DNA of 64,000 bases, from positions 930,001-994,000 of the forward strand of contig NC_081396.1 in NCBI RefSeq assembly GCF_030684315.1, given 5' to 3'. Position 1 is the first letter of the stretch. Each line of letters begins with the position of its first letter. This stretch comes from Stegostoma tigrinum. Lineage: Eukaryota. This document shows positions 24,599-36,297 of the stretch, piece after piece. The notes under the pieces are model-generated. The model searched no databases and was not told the DNA's origin. It saw only the letters and a program-made list of their open reading frames with translations. The translations under genes were made by a program, and so were the position numbers.

Positions 24599-25998
24599 CA
24601 CAGTGTTGCCAGGTGATGCAGAAACAGCCTTCGACCACAGAACGAGAAACAGAGGGGCCGTTCTTTATTTTAAAGGAAAAACTGCACTTGTACTGATTTC
24701 TGTCTGTCAGGGCATTTCCCTGTTTCCCAGGGATCCGAGGCACTGTCCGGGGGGGAAGGGGTTGGGGTGGGAGGGGTGATGATTGCTAGTGGTGGGAGAG
24801 CTCCCCGGAGATGGCGTTTGCACTGGTTGAAATTCCCAAAGTTTTGGTAGGCTGTATCTATAGGACAGAGTTTAACCTACACTGTCCCTTGTATGGATCC
24901 TGGCAAGATGCCGCTGTCGATTACTTGTCTACAAGCCAAGTTTTGAGATGTTGCAATGGCTTCGGCCATAAGGGATAGGAGCAGAATGAGGCCTGTCGGC
25001 CCGTCGAGTCTGCTTCACAGTTCAATCGTGGCTGCCGTGTCTCTCAACACCACTCTCCCCGTAGCCCTGGGCCTCCTCACCAATCAAGAACCTAGCTATC
25101 TCTGTCTTAAATATACTCAGTGTCTTGTCCTCCACATCCCTCTGCAGCAATGAGGTTCCCCCCCACTTCTCAGCTGGAGAAACCCCTCCTCATTTCAATT
25201 CTGAGGGATTGGCCCTGCACCGTGAGGCTATCCTGCTTGTCCACTCCATCCAGGTCTTTCAATGTCCTGTAAGCTACAATGAGATTTACAGCGTTCGATG
25301 GTGAGTCTGGTCTCACTGTCACAGATAAGATTTTCCTGCTTCTGTAGTTGACCCAATGTGCTGAGTGAAATGGACAAGTCACGGGAGGATTTACTTGTCT
25401 CAGTTTGAGTCTTAAGATCCCAATTGCAAAAAAAAAAGTTAGGACAGGCTCCGAATTGTCTCCCCTGCCTCCCCAAACCTCATTAAACTTAATTCTCATC
25501 GATTTGCGACCTTTGGAAAGCACCAGGGAGGGATGGGAGTTCAATAGCCGTACAGCCTTCCCTCCAGATCACTAATTTCCCACTGCAACTTCAGTCCAAG
25601 ACCAACATCCATGGAGAAACAAACGTGATACATTATCGAACCCCTGCCTAACCCTTCGCAGCTCGTGCATTTTTCAAATGAGATTAAACACACCCGTTCC
25701 CCCAACTCAGAGGATTTTGGGGTACTGAAATGGATGATCAGACACAGTCCCATTGAGCGGAGGACCAAGCTCAAGAGGCCTAATGGTCTACTCTCATCAT
25801 CTGTCTTTTCAAACTGTTGAACGGCAAGGAAAAGTAGAGGAGGAGAGAGAGGGGAAATGGTGGCATTTGTTTGGGTGTGCAGACATGGACCAGCTGGACC
25901 CTCGAGAACTTCTTTTCCTGCTAACACAGTTCCAAACTCAGTGAACTCTCTCTGGGGTACTGATACCGTTTCTCACGGTGAGACGCTACGAGGCTTAC

Positions 25999-26061
25999 TT
26001 GGTTCCACAGTGAGTTTGGTCCCATCTCCAAATACCAGCTTGTCAGTGCCGTATATTCTAC
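25999..26061 (-). CDS. TRDJ: TCR delta J segment, RIYGTDKLVFGDGTKLTVEP
   Basis: FGxG motif and a TDKL start resembling mammalian TRDJ1, GTAAGC donor, RSS CACAGTG-12-ACAAAAGTA at 26062-26089. Confidence 0.93.
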
Positions 26062-27124
26062 CACAGTGCTACCAGCTGTTACAAAAGTAGACCCAGCCAC
26101 AGTAACAGTGCAGGGAAAGGCTATTTTAGTTTCCCTCACTGCATCTTCATGTTCCTGGCTTCAAACACCTTTTCTGTCGACATACCCAAACAGATGCCAC
26201 CATTTCCCCTCTCTCTCATACACCAATTTTCTTTGCTGTTCAACAGTTTGACAATACCAATGAGGAGAGTAGGCCACTCGGACTCTCGACTATGCTCGAC
26301 CACTCAACAGAATTGTGTCTGACCATACATTTCAGTTCCAACTGAACAATATCTATCTCCTCCTCCAAAACACTCAATCTTTCAACCCCAACTGCTTTCT
26401 GAAGTGGCAGAGAATCCTACAGGCTTCCTCCACATCTCCAGCCTCTGGGTGAAGACATTTCTCCTCATCTCAGTCCGAAATGGCCTACCCCATATCTTTT
26501 GACTGTGAACCACCGCGTCACCCCACCACCACACCGCTAGACTCAGCGTTCTGGACGTAAAAGCAGGTAAATTGGAAAATAAATTGCTCTGTTTTTGTTC
26601 TCTTGACTTCCTGATAATTCTGCATTNNNNNNNNNNNNNNNNNNNNNNNNNNNNNNNNNNNNNNNNNNNNNNNNNNNNNNNNNNNNNNNNNNNNNNNNNN
26701 NNNNNNNNNNNNNNNNNNNNNNNNNNNNNNNNNNNNNNNNNNNNNNNNNNNNNNNNNNNNNNNNNNNNNNNNNNNNNNNNNNNNNNNNNNNNNNNNNNNN
26801 NNNNNNNNNNNNNNNNNNNNNGGGTGAAATGGGCCTCTACATTTCCTCCTTGAGACCATCTTGGCGACCTCTAAGCTATTGGGCTTGACAGGAACAACAC
26901 CATGAAGACAAAAAATGAAGTCTCCTTCATTCAAATAATTAGCGTCCAGCCCAGCTTTCGATTCACTTTCCACATCTGACCAATGCATGAATTGGCAAGA
27001 TATGAGCTGTGCTTGACACCCAGTCTATTAAATATCATCTTATCGGCGCTGTGCCTTCGCTAATGAAGCACAGAGGCTACCCTGACTCTCTCTATGCCAA
27101 AGAAGACACATATCGGCCACTTAC

Positions 27125-27190
27125 CTGGCAGAACATTCAGTTGTGTTCCATTGCCAAATATGAGTTTGTTATCATTACTATAATAGCCAG
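27125..27190 (-). CDS. TRDJ: TCR delta J segment, GYYSNDNKLIFGNGTQLNVLP
   Basis: FGxG motif, GTAAGT donor, RSS CACAGTG-12-ACACAAACC at 27191-27218. Confidence 0.93.
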
Positions 27191-27818
27191 CACAGTGACA
27201 ATTACTCAGACACAAACCCTGAATAGGGACCGGGGATGAGACTTCTCAGTTTCCCACTTGTTTCAACATCAGCCAAGAATGATATAACTTCGTGAAAATC
27301 AGTAGGAATAGTTGGTAATCTGGAGGTAAAAATCTGCAATCCTCTCCATCCCAAAGTATACTGGGGAGATAGACAGGAACTCCTTTCAGTGAAATTAAAC
27401 AATGTTTTAGAGAAATTGCCCCTGTCTTTCATTCATCCCTTGCACCCACACTCAGAGAAATAAAAAATATTGCAGGGGCCCCAGTTCCCTCTCTAATTGC
27501 AATGCTGCTTCAGTACAAGCCCCTTTATGTATTAGTGGAGAGGTGGTCTTTGGTGACTGAGGAGAGATCCCTAGGCAGGACCCTTGGACTCAGGTACTGG
27601 GGAGGGAATTCAAGGGAACGACCTTCCCCAAACAGCACGGGTTAGGGCAGAGAGTGAGGGAGTGCCTCAGTGGGTTAGCTCAAACATCAACTTAATTCAG
27701 GCCCCACTTGCTCGTCCCTGCTGAATGCCAGCTCCCACTCAAAAAAATGAACAAAATCAGTCACAAAGGCAGGACATATACTGGACAATATTCTGGTCGA
27801 AATTGGTATCAGACTTAC

Positions 27819-27870
27819 TGGGTTCCACGGTGAGTTGGGTCCCACTGCCAAAGATCATCTTTCTAGTCCA
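27819..27870 (-). CDS. TRDJ: TCR delta J segment, WTRKMIFGSGTQLTVEP
   Basis: FGxG motif, GTAAGT donor, RSS CACAGTA-12-ACAAAAATA at 27871-27898. Confidence 0.93.
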
Positions 27871-27984
27871 CACAGTACTAACAGATGGCACAAAAATACG
27901 ACTCCAACCACATGCACAGTAATGCTTAGGTTTATATTTCACTTTTTCCTTTGGCTACGGGGTACACTTCAGATTCGGGTTGCA

Positions 27985-28545
27985 GCTCAGAGAACCATAC
28001 AGCTCGGAAACAGGCCCTTCAGTCCAACCAGTCTGTGCTGCCCATGTTCCCAAATTGGACCCACCTGCCTGCTCCTGGCCCATATCCCTCCAAACTTTTC
28101 CTATTCATGGACTTACCTAAACGTCTTTTGAGCATTGTAACTACCCACACCCACCAGTTTCTCTGGCATTTCATTTCCAACATGAACCATACTTTTTGTA
28201 AATAAAAAATCCTCCTTGTCCTTTTAGATCTTTCTCCTCTGACCTTAAAAGGTGTTCCCCCGCCACCAGTTTTGAACTCCCCCTCCTTGGGAAAAATACC
28301 CTTGGCTTTCACCTTACCAAAGTCTTTCATGATTTTACAAACTTCTACAAGGTCACCCCTCAGCCTCCTACGTTCTAGTGGACAAAGTCCCAGCCTATTG
28401 AGCCTTTCTTGAGAACTCAAAACTTCCCTAACAGGCACCATGCTGATAAATCTTTTCTGAACTGGACATGGTACTCCAGAAGAGGTCTTGCCAACATTTT
28501 GAACAACCTCACCACAACGTCTGAGCTCCTATACTCAGAGTTCTG
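27985..28545 (-). mobile_element. CR1 LINE 3' fragment
   Basis: ERLNRLGLCPLERRRLRGDLVEVCKIMK. Confidence 0.82.
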
Positions 28546-29138
28546 AATGAGGATGTCCCTGGCGATAATTGTTACCATTTCCCACCCCGTGTCAAACCAT
28601 CTTTCCCCCTCTCCCGCGCATTAATTTTCAGAGTCCAGAAATTTCCATTAGCATTCAATTTCACAATCAAATTGCCCTGTAGCCGAGTTTCCTTTGATTA
28701 ATCTGCCATTGATTTGGGAGAATCGGAGAAGATAGGGGCTTTTGGAAGAGGTGGGGAGGGGGGGCAGAATAATTAATGATCAAATTTCAAACTTCCTTGC
28801 AAATCTTCAGGTTGTGCTAAGTGTCAAAGTTTGAAAGGAATGGGGGAGGTATAGGTGGGAGAGAAAGGCGAATTTTCGCTTACTGTGGCCCATGTTCTAT
28901 TTCTTTCTATTCTTACTGATGGGCCAAAGGGGCTTCGATTCTCTACAACTCTCCCTCCAGTCCGGCCCTGAGGCCTAATTTCAATTAGTACGGTACAGCT
29001 GTTCATTAGCTCGAGAGGGTGGCTTGGCTTCTCTGTCACGTATACTCTTGCACCCCCCCGCTCCACCTTGTCTGTGTATTTCCCAAGGCTCAGAGCGGAA
29101 AGAAATGGCATTGACTCACAAGGAACATTTGCACTTAC

Positions 29139-29195
29139 TTGGCATGACGTCCAGCTTAGTGCCGCTGCCGAAAATCAGCTTGTCAGCATAAGATG
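29139..29195 (-). CDS. TRDJ: TCR delta J segment, SYADKLIFGSGTKLDVMP
   Basis: FGxG motif, GTAAGT donor, RSS CACAGTG-12-GCAGGAACC at 29196-29223. Confidence 0.92.
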
Positions 29196-29450
29196 CACAG
29201 TGACAACCCCCCAGGCAGGAACCCTGTTACATTGATATGGAAAAAAAGACACCACCAACCAGCGTCCCCAAGGGAGCTGTCCTACTCGGTGAGCTGGAAT
29301 CTGTCTCCATTGCCTGTTCCCACTCGACCAGGCCCTTGCCATGCCTCAACAATTTACACCAGAGATTTAACACGCCATGCCCTTGCAAAGAATTATCAGG
29401 CTCGGAAACACAGATTTTCCCAAGTGCTAAGCATCAACGTCTCAACTTAC

Positions 29451-29499
29451 CTGGCTCCACAGTCAGTTGGGTCCCAGCTCCAAAGATCAGCGGCTCATA
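29451..29499 (-). CDS. TRDJ: TCR delta J segment, YEPLIFGAGTQLTVEP
   Basis: FGxG motif, GTAAGT donor, RSS CACAATG-12-ACATATACC at 29500-29527. Confidence 0.92.
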
Positions 29500-29957
29500 C
29501 ACAATGATAACTGGCCTGACATATACCTGATGACTTACCTAGAATTCCAACTCCATTAGGACCAGTGAATGACAGCGTGGGGGCAAGGAGTGGAGGCTAA
29601 GCCGCAGGAGGGCATATTTTGATGGGATTAGACCAGGCCTGAAACCTTTTCTGCATTAGACTTGCCATGCCACCAGCTTACAATCCCAGGGTCTAGTACT
29701 TTGGGAGGGACGGACAAAGAAAATCTTTGAAGATCTGCGAAGGAGTCTCTGAACTGCACCATGGAGCAGAATTATTGGAAATGCAAGGTACGTTGGGCTC
29801 AAATTTATTCCAATGACTTGCTGGGATCTCTTTCTCACTGCAGCATTACTGTCTCCTCAATACTAATTCATAATTCCACCCCCTCCACCCAACCACCCTC
29901 TTGTTGCAGTAAAGGACAATAGAACAAGTGAAAAAGACACCAATAGATTGTACTTAC

Positions 29958-30011
29958 TTGGCTCCACAGTCAATTTGGTTCCTGCTCCGAATATTAGTGG
30001 TGCTGTAAATG
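29958..30011 (-). CDS. TRDJ: TCR delta J segment, FTAPLIFGAGTKLTVEP
   Basis: FGxG motif, GTAAGT donor, RSS CACCATG-12-GTCAAAACT at 30012-30039. Confidence 0.9.
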
Positions 30012-30602
30012 CACCATGATCAATATCCACGTCAAAACTCAGAGTGTGGAGTGTGGATGCCAATTAACCCTAAACTGGCATGAGTCATCTCTTAGTCCAA
30101 TTATACGTAACCCACCACCTACGTCTATAGTCTGCCTGGGTCAGACACCAACTGCTAAGTCCACGCACTCAGTGGCCGCTCGCTCGTTCTCACACCAATA
30201 GGAACTACTAAGGCCGGCCAAGATCAGGAGGACAATTTCCTTCTTTATTTTACAATGAGATCCTTAAAAAAAACACACACATATGTGCCACGCAAAGAAA
30301 ATCACTTGAATTGATTGGAACTCCTTAGAAATAATTGGCTTTACCAGCTCTTCAAGGGGGACTTAAAGCTGAGCTTTTTTGAAAGGTACAGAGCTGTCTG
30401 GATTATTCCGGTTTGGATACCCAATGGAATATGGTAAATCACTCCCTCTCACACACTGTTCGGGGAATGGACAGCAGCAAAACTAATGAAATGCAATACC
30501 CGAGAGAGGACAGTCAGATCCCGAAGCAAACCCACACATGCAAAAGAGAAATTGTTACAGAAATTCGGGGGATTTGGCAGCTTCTGTGCAAATGGACAGA
30601 CG

Positions 30603-30644
<42 letters not shown>

Positions 30645-30671
30645 TAATTAATGCAAAGGACTGGTACTCAC

Positions 30672-30734
30672 TGGGTCTCACGATCAGCCTGGTTCCATTT
30701 CCGAATAGTAGCTTCTCAATATCTCTGTATGTTG
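30672..30734 (-). CDS. TRDJ: TCR delta J segment (D-proximal), TYRDIEKLLFGNGTRLIVRP
   Basis: FGxG motif, GTGAGT donor, RSS CACACAG-12-ACAAAATCT at 30735-30762. Confidence 0.88.
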
Positions 30735-31055
30735 CACACAGTTCAATCCCTGGACAAAATCTACTCGTTGTACCCTTATCTCTTCGGGACTATACCTCAT
30801 CCTTTCCCTGGGGTGGGTACAGACCAGAGACAGCAACTGGGCAGGTCTTCCCATAAATCTAGGAGCAGAAATCAATAGAAACAGACTCAAAGGTGGGAAA
30901 CGCGCACAAAATAGAAAGGGAGAATGGGTGGGGGTGTTTGGAAGGGTGTAGGGTAAAGCTCTGGGTAAGCCAGAGGGTTGTTAGAAAAGATTTGGAGGGT
31001 CCTGTGTGGCTGGAGACGTTATTGTACAGGCGTTGCAGGAGATTATATTACTGTG

Positions 31056-31073
31056 TCCCAGCCGTATATATCC
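31056..31073 (-). other. TRDD: TCR delta D segment GGATATATACGGCTGGGA
   Basis: 5' 12-RSS CACAGTG-atacaaaccagc-ACAAAAACT (31074-31101) and 3' 23-RSS CACAGTA-23-ACAATAACG (31017-31055). Open in all three frames (GYIRLG, DIYGW, IYTAG). Confidence 0.92.
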
Positions 31074-31929
31074 CACAGTGATACAAACCAGCACAAAAAC
31101 TGTTCGCAGGCTGCTGTTTGCAGATTAGAGGATCCCTCCCTCTCTGATTCACTCCACCCACTCTTACATTTGGGCTGTTTCCAGAAACAGTTCTTAAAGG
31201 GAGCTTCCTCAATGAGGGAGGGAATAGGTCGGGAGCTCTTATCCAGCTGAATGGTCCATTCACTCACCCTGACCTGAACCTCACCTCCATCGTGCCATTC
31301 CTTCCACTGTGTCACTCTCCTGAATTGCTAGCCCCAACTGCTACGAGACCTGGCAAGCGGATGACAATCCCAGAGGGACGTGGAGGGGAAAGGGTCCAGC
31401 TCACACATTCTCAGAGAAATGTCTATGAGGTTTGCTTTTGTATTGTGGAAAGAAAGTCATAAATTGTGATTTACTACTCTCTCTCACTCTCTCTTTTTCT
31501 CTTTTTAACTTCGCTTGTCTGATCCTGAGAAGGAAGGAATGCAGCAATCTATTTTCACTCATGTCACTAATATCTTTCTTAGGTCTTCTGTTAAAACACA
31601 TTTGGCCATTTTACTCAAACGTAATCCTTTTCTTCTTAGTAGGAACAAGATATGGCTTTGGGAGCAATGGTGGCTCTAATAAGATGTGGGCTAACAAAGG
31701 GAATGCAGTGGGACCAGTGGAGATTTATTGTACCTTTGGCAGTATAGACTTGATGTCCTGAAGGCCTCCTTCTATACTGCATGCTTCTATGGTTTAAACA
31801 CTAGCTTGCCGTCTCTAGAAATTAAATGGAATTAAACCCATTGTCAGACACAGCCTGATAACCTCCCCCTCCCCCCGCCCCCGTCAGCAAGGACCATGTC
31901 CAACAAGACAGAATCTAACCAAGGCCCCT

Positions 31930-32655
31930 CGATATTCAATGGCATTCCCATCACTGAATCTGCCTCCCGTCAACATCCTGGGGGTGACTCTCGACCATAA
32001 GCTGACACAGACCCAGCCACATAAACACAGGGTCTACAAGAGCAGGCCAGAGGCTGGGAATCCTGCAGGGAGCCACTCACCTCCTGTCTCCCCCCTCCAT
32101 CCCAAAGCCTGTCTCACCATCAACAAGGCACAAGTCAGGAGTGTGAGGGAATACTCCCCACTTGCCCCTGGATGGGGGTAGCTTCAACAACACTCGAGAA
32201 GCTCGACACCATCCAGGGGCAAAGCAGCCCCCGCTGGATTGGCACCACGTCTATAAACATCCCACTCCCTTCCCCACCGATGCTCAGTCACAGCAGTGTG
32301 TGCCATCGACAAGATGCACTGCAGAAATTTAGCAAAGATCTTCAGGCAGCACCTTCCAGACCCACGACCACTTCCATCTAGAAGGGCAAGGCAGTAGATC
32401 CGTGGGAACACCAGCCCCCCTGCAAGTTTCCCTCTGAGCCATTCTCCCCCAAGTCCCGACTCGGAAATATATCGGCTGTTCCTTCAGTGTGGCTGGGTCC
32501 AAATCCTGGAATTCCCTCCTGTAGGGACATTGTGGGTCTACCCGACAGCACATGGACTGCAGCGGTTCAAGAAGGCAGCTCACCCCCACCTAATCAATGG
32601 AAGGGGGGGAGGGGCAACTAGGAATAGGATGATAAAATGTGGGTCCAGGCAGCGA
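31930..32655 (+). mobile_element. Shark LINE 3' end / SINE-tail family (HER1/HE1-like)
   Basis: NILGVTLDHKL...KAQVRSVREYSPL RT tail. The same 3' tail recurs at about 7510-7650, 8630-8812, 10400-10920, 39960-40245, 43730-44030, 55900-56200 and 57430-57780. The family name is from recall, not a search. Confidence 0.6.
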
Positions 32656-33009
32656 TGAATAAGACATAGACCATTTTTCAGTATGGTTATGGGCGGGTAA
32701 ACATTTTTCTTTTAAATTAGCCAACGTTTGAGATCCCTGGTACATTCCTGAGTTTTGAACGAGATACATGAACTTCCCTGGATTATTAACACTTACCGAA
32801 TTTATAAAGGAAGTCACTGCTCACCGTTTAAAGAACTTTACACTCCTTATATGGATTGATGGCTACGGTGGTTAACACCAAAGCTGTGGGCTGAGACCTC
32901 ACAGAGCCTATCGAATGATAGATGTGGCCAGAGAACAGAGATTTCAAAACAGCTCACCCAAACGCAAGTGAAACAGGGCTGGCAGCTCCTCAGACTGTCT
33001 GCATGCCTT

Positions 33010-33770
33010 TGATTTGTTTTATTATAGTCACAAATATTTAACTGCAGTGAAAAGTTTTGTTTTGCATGCCGTACAGGCAGATCACACCATATGAAGTGCA
33101 TTAAGCTGATAAAACAGAGCGAGGAATACAATGTTCAAGCTGCTGAGCGGGTGCACAGACAGCAACATCAACATTAGATTTAAAATTTGAGAGGTCCACT
33201 CAGAAGTCTAATGACATGGGGGAAGACGCTATTCTTGAATCTGTTGGTATGTGTATTGAAACGTTTGCATCTTTTCTCCGATGGGTGAGAAGATAACCAG
33301 GCTGGGAGGGGTTTTTGATGATGTCGGCTGCTTTGCCAAGGGAAGTGGAGATGGAGTCAATGGAGGGAAGGCTGGTTTACGTGAGGGACTGGGCTGCATT
33401 CATAACTCTCTGTCACTCCTTGTGGCCTATGATTAGAGCAGCAGTTGCCAGGATGTATCGGGATAAAATGCTTTCAGTGGTGCATCTGTAAAAACTGGGA
33501 AGAGTCCTTGTGGATGTGCCGAGCTTCCTTAGCCTCCTGAGGGAGTTGTTGGTGGTGGTGTGCTTTCTGAACAGTAGCATTGACGTGGATGGGCCAGGAT
33601 AGTTCCTCGGTGATATTCACTCCCAGGAACTTGGAAGATCTGGGCCATCTCCACATCAGCTCCATTGGTACAGTCAGACACCAGCCAGAAGTCAATGATC
33701 AGCCCTTTCATTTTTCTGATGTTGAGGGAGAAATCATTGTCTTTACACCATGCCGCTAAGATCTCTATTT
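33010..33770 (-). mobile_element. Rex1/Babar- or L2-like LINE 3' remnant
   Basis: KGLIIDF and KFLGVNITEELSW..HVNATVQKAH motifs. Confidence 0.6.
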
Positions 33771-35585
33771 CCAGTTGAGTGCTAACTCAAACACTAACTG
33801 TCTTTTCATCCCAGTGTCACTTCCTCCCTCTGACATCCTGACCCCTTACCCCATCATGTGGGTTAGTGGATAGAGCGGTTGAATAAAACGTATCCCATTA
33901 CGTGCCAATGCTGTGGCTGGCTTGCAATCTTCTGGGACATGGAATTAAGCAGATCCCTGTGTGTCGTAAGTCAAATAACGGAGTTCTGATTATGTCTCAG
34001 CCACAATAATAGAAATGGGCCTTCCATGTGAGGACTTCTGGGCTCTTGATATAAAGGACGTAGCAAAGGCTTAGGGACACACTAATGGGAGAAGGGGTTG
34101 GTGGTGCGCGACAGGGCCATTTAGGAAGTTGTTTGCAACTCTCAAATCGTGTGGTGTCCCTGAGGAGTAGGTGGGAGGACAAAGTTTGTTTTATCAGATC
34201 CCTGAAACAAAAAGAGGTAAGGTCAATCCTTCTGAGCTGTCTGAAAGGGCTGCGAGAGAGAGAGAGAGAGAGAGGAACAGACCATCAGGGAAACTCAGAG
34301 GCAAGTGTTCAAGCTTTTCTTCGGGCTAAGAATGCCACTGGTAGGCAAGGTAGGGATTTCTCTGNNNNNNNNNNNNNNNNNNNNNNNNNNNNNNNNNNNN
34401 NNNNNNNNNNNNNNNNNNNNNNNNNNNNNNNNNNNNNNNNNNNNNNNNNNNNNNNNNNNNNNNNNNNNNNNNNNNNNNNNNNNNNNNNNNNNNNNNNNNN
34501 NNNNNNNNNNNNNNNNNNNNNNNNNNNNNNNNNNNNNNNNNNNNGTCCCTGTGTATATCTATCTCTGGGTATGTGCCTCTCTGCATGTGTGTATGTATAC
34601 TGTGCACATCTTTATGCGTGTATCTTAGTCACTGTGCATATCTGATGGCTGGTTTGTGATGTTAGGTGACACTCACAGCCTGGGATCAATTTGCTGCCTC
34701 AGCTGTGGTTACCATGAAGGATTCTCCGTCTAAATGTCCCCCTTCGACTGAGAAATGGCAAACCTCAGGTAAAACCATTGCCATTCGCCCTTCTCTAATG
34801 GGAGAGTAGACTTGTAGTCTGGTAGGGCTACAGCAATGTTACTTTTCGCATGTGTAAATATACACCTCTCTGGGCGCAAATAGGTCTCTGCTAGTGCCTA
34901 TGTGTAGCTAAGTCAGTGTACGTGAGTGTCTCTTTGGTCTGTGTTTAAAAGTTTATCTATCTATGTGTGCTGTATGTGTGTGCCATCTGTCTGTTTGTAC
35001 CTGAATCTGTGCATATACATTCCTTCAATGAGTGGGAGATATTTTCTCTGGGAAATTAATGAATTAAAAATCTCGAAGCTACTCCCTATTTCTCTCTTGT
35101 GCCACCCTCCACATGCTACTGCATTGGAGGAGAGCTAGAATTCAACAGGGACTTCTTTCAAAAGTATACATTATTCATTAAAATCTTTGTGTATTCTACA
35201 TTGACACAAAGGCAGTTCGGTTCGACACAGTTGCATATCAAGCAAACAAAACTGTGAACTTTGATTCTATCACCCCCCCCAACCCAATAAAAGCACATGG
35301 ACCTCTCATACAAAATTAATATTTGAGGCGCCAGCAGTATCCGATAACAGAAAGAATTGCCATTTAACTTCAGCAAAAAAAAAGCCCTCAGACCACGGCC
35401 TTTCCCCACCGCACCTTGGTGGCAGCTATATTAAGCTTTAGTGCATCCTTTAGCACCTAGTCTCAGTGAGAGGGAGCTTGGGGCACCATTCAAATGGACG
35501 GCAGCATCAGCTCATACTCACACTCATACAGTCAGTGTGGAGAGGGCACAAGTGAATATTTGTCCGTGTGTGTGTCCAAGTGTCC

Positions 35586-35652
<67 letters not shown>

Positions 35653-36007
35653 CATTACGAGGTAGGTGCAGTGCCATGGTGAATGAATTTTAAAGGAAGT
35701 TTCTCTCTCCTGTGTTCCTTCAAATTGCGGCTAAAAAACAACATCGCCTCCCTCTGCTGGTAGATTGACGCTGCTGAACAGCCGTCCAATAGGATGGTAA
35801 AGATCAGCCCCATTAACGCTGCAATGCTGGTCCGAGTGTGCACACACATCCCTGGTCCAGAAGCTTACTCTAAGCAAATACACTTCCTAACAAGCTGTGG
35901 ACATAAAACCGAGAAATAGACGTGGACGAAGGTGCTCAGGACGGTAGTAAGTAGGAAACCCGAAAACAAAATAAATATTGAGAAATCAACAACGAATTTA
36001 TGAGTGA

Positions 36008-36297
36008 TAATGGGAACTGGAGATGCTGGAGAATGCAAGATAACAAAGCGTCAAGCTGGATGAACACAACAGGCCAAACAGCATCTCAGGAGCACAAAAG
36101 CTGACGTTTCGGGCCTAGAGAGGGGGATGGGGAGAGGGTTCTGGAATAAATAGGGAGAGAGGGGGAGGCGGACCGAAGATGGAGAGAATTTATGAGGGCC
36201 ACTTGACGTAGGAGTTAAGGGCAAGATGCTGCTCGGCCTGCTGTGTTCATCCGGCTCCACACTTTATTGTCTCGTATTCTCCAGCATCTGCAGTTCC
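36008..36297. mobile_element. Short Penelope-derived repeat present as an inverted pair
   Basis: GGGAACTG.AGATGCTGGAGAAT...GCTGGATGAACAC at 36011-36118 is inverted against 36225-36297. Relatives at about 19020-19115, 37603-37700, 43390-43605, 59810-59930 and 62030-62150. Confidence 0.65.

Noticed and set aside
35225-35254. CACAGTT-12-AACAAAACT as a second D RSS
   Set aside because: There is no opposing 23-RSS, and the flank resembles the LINE tail sequence at 51960-52040.
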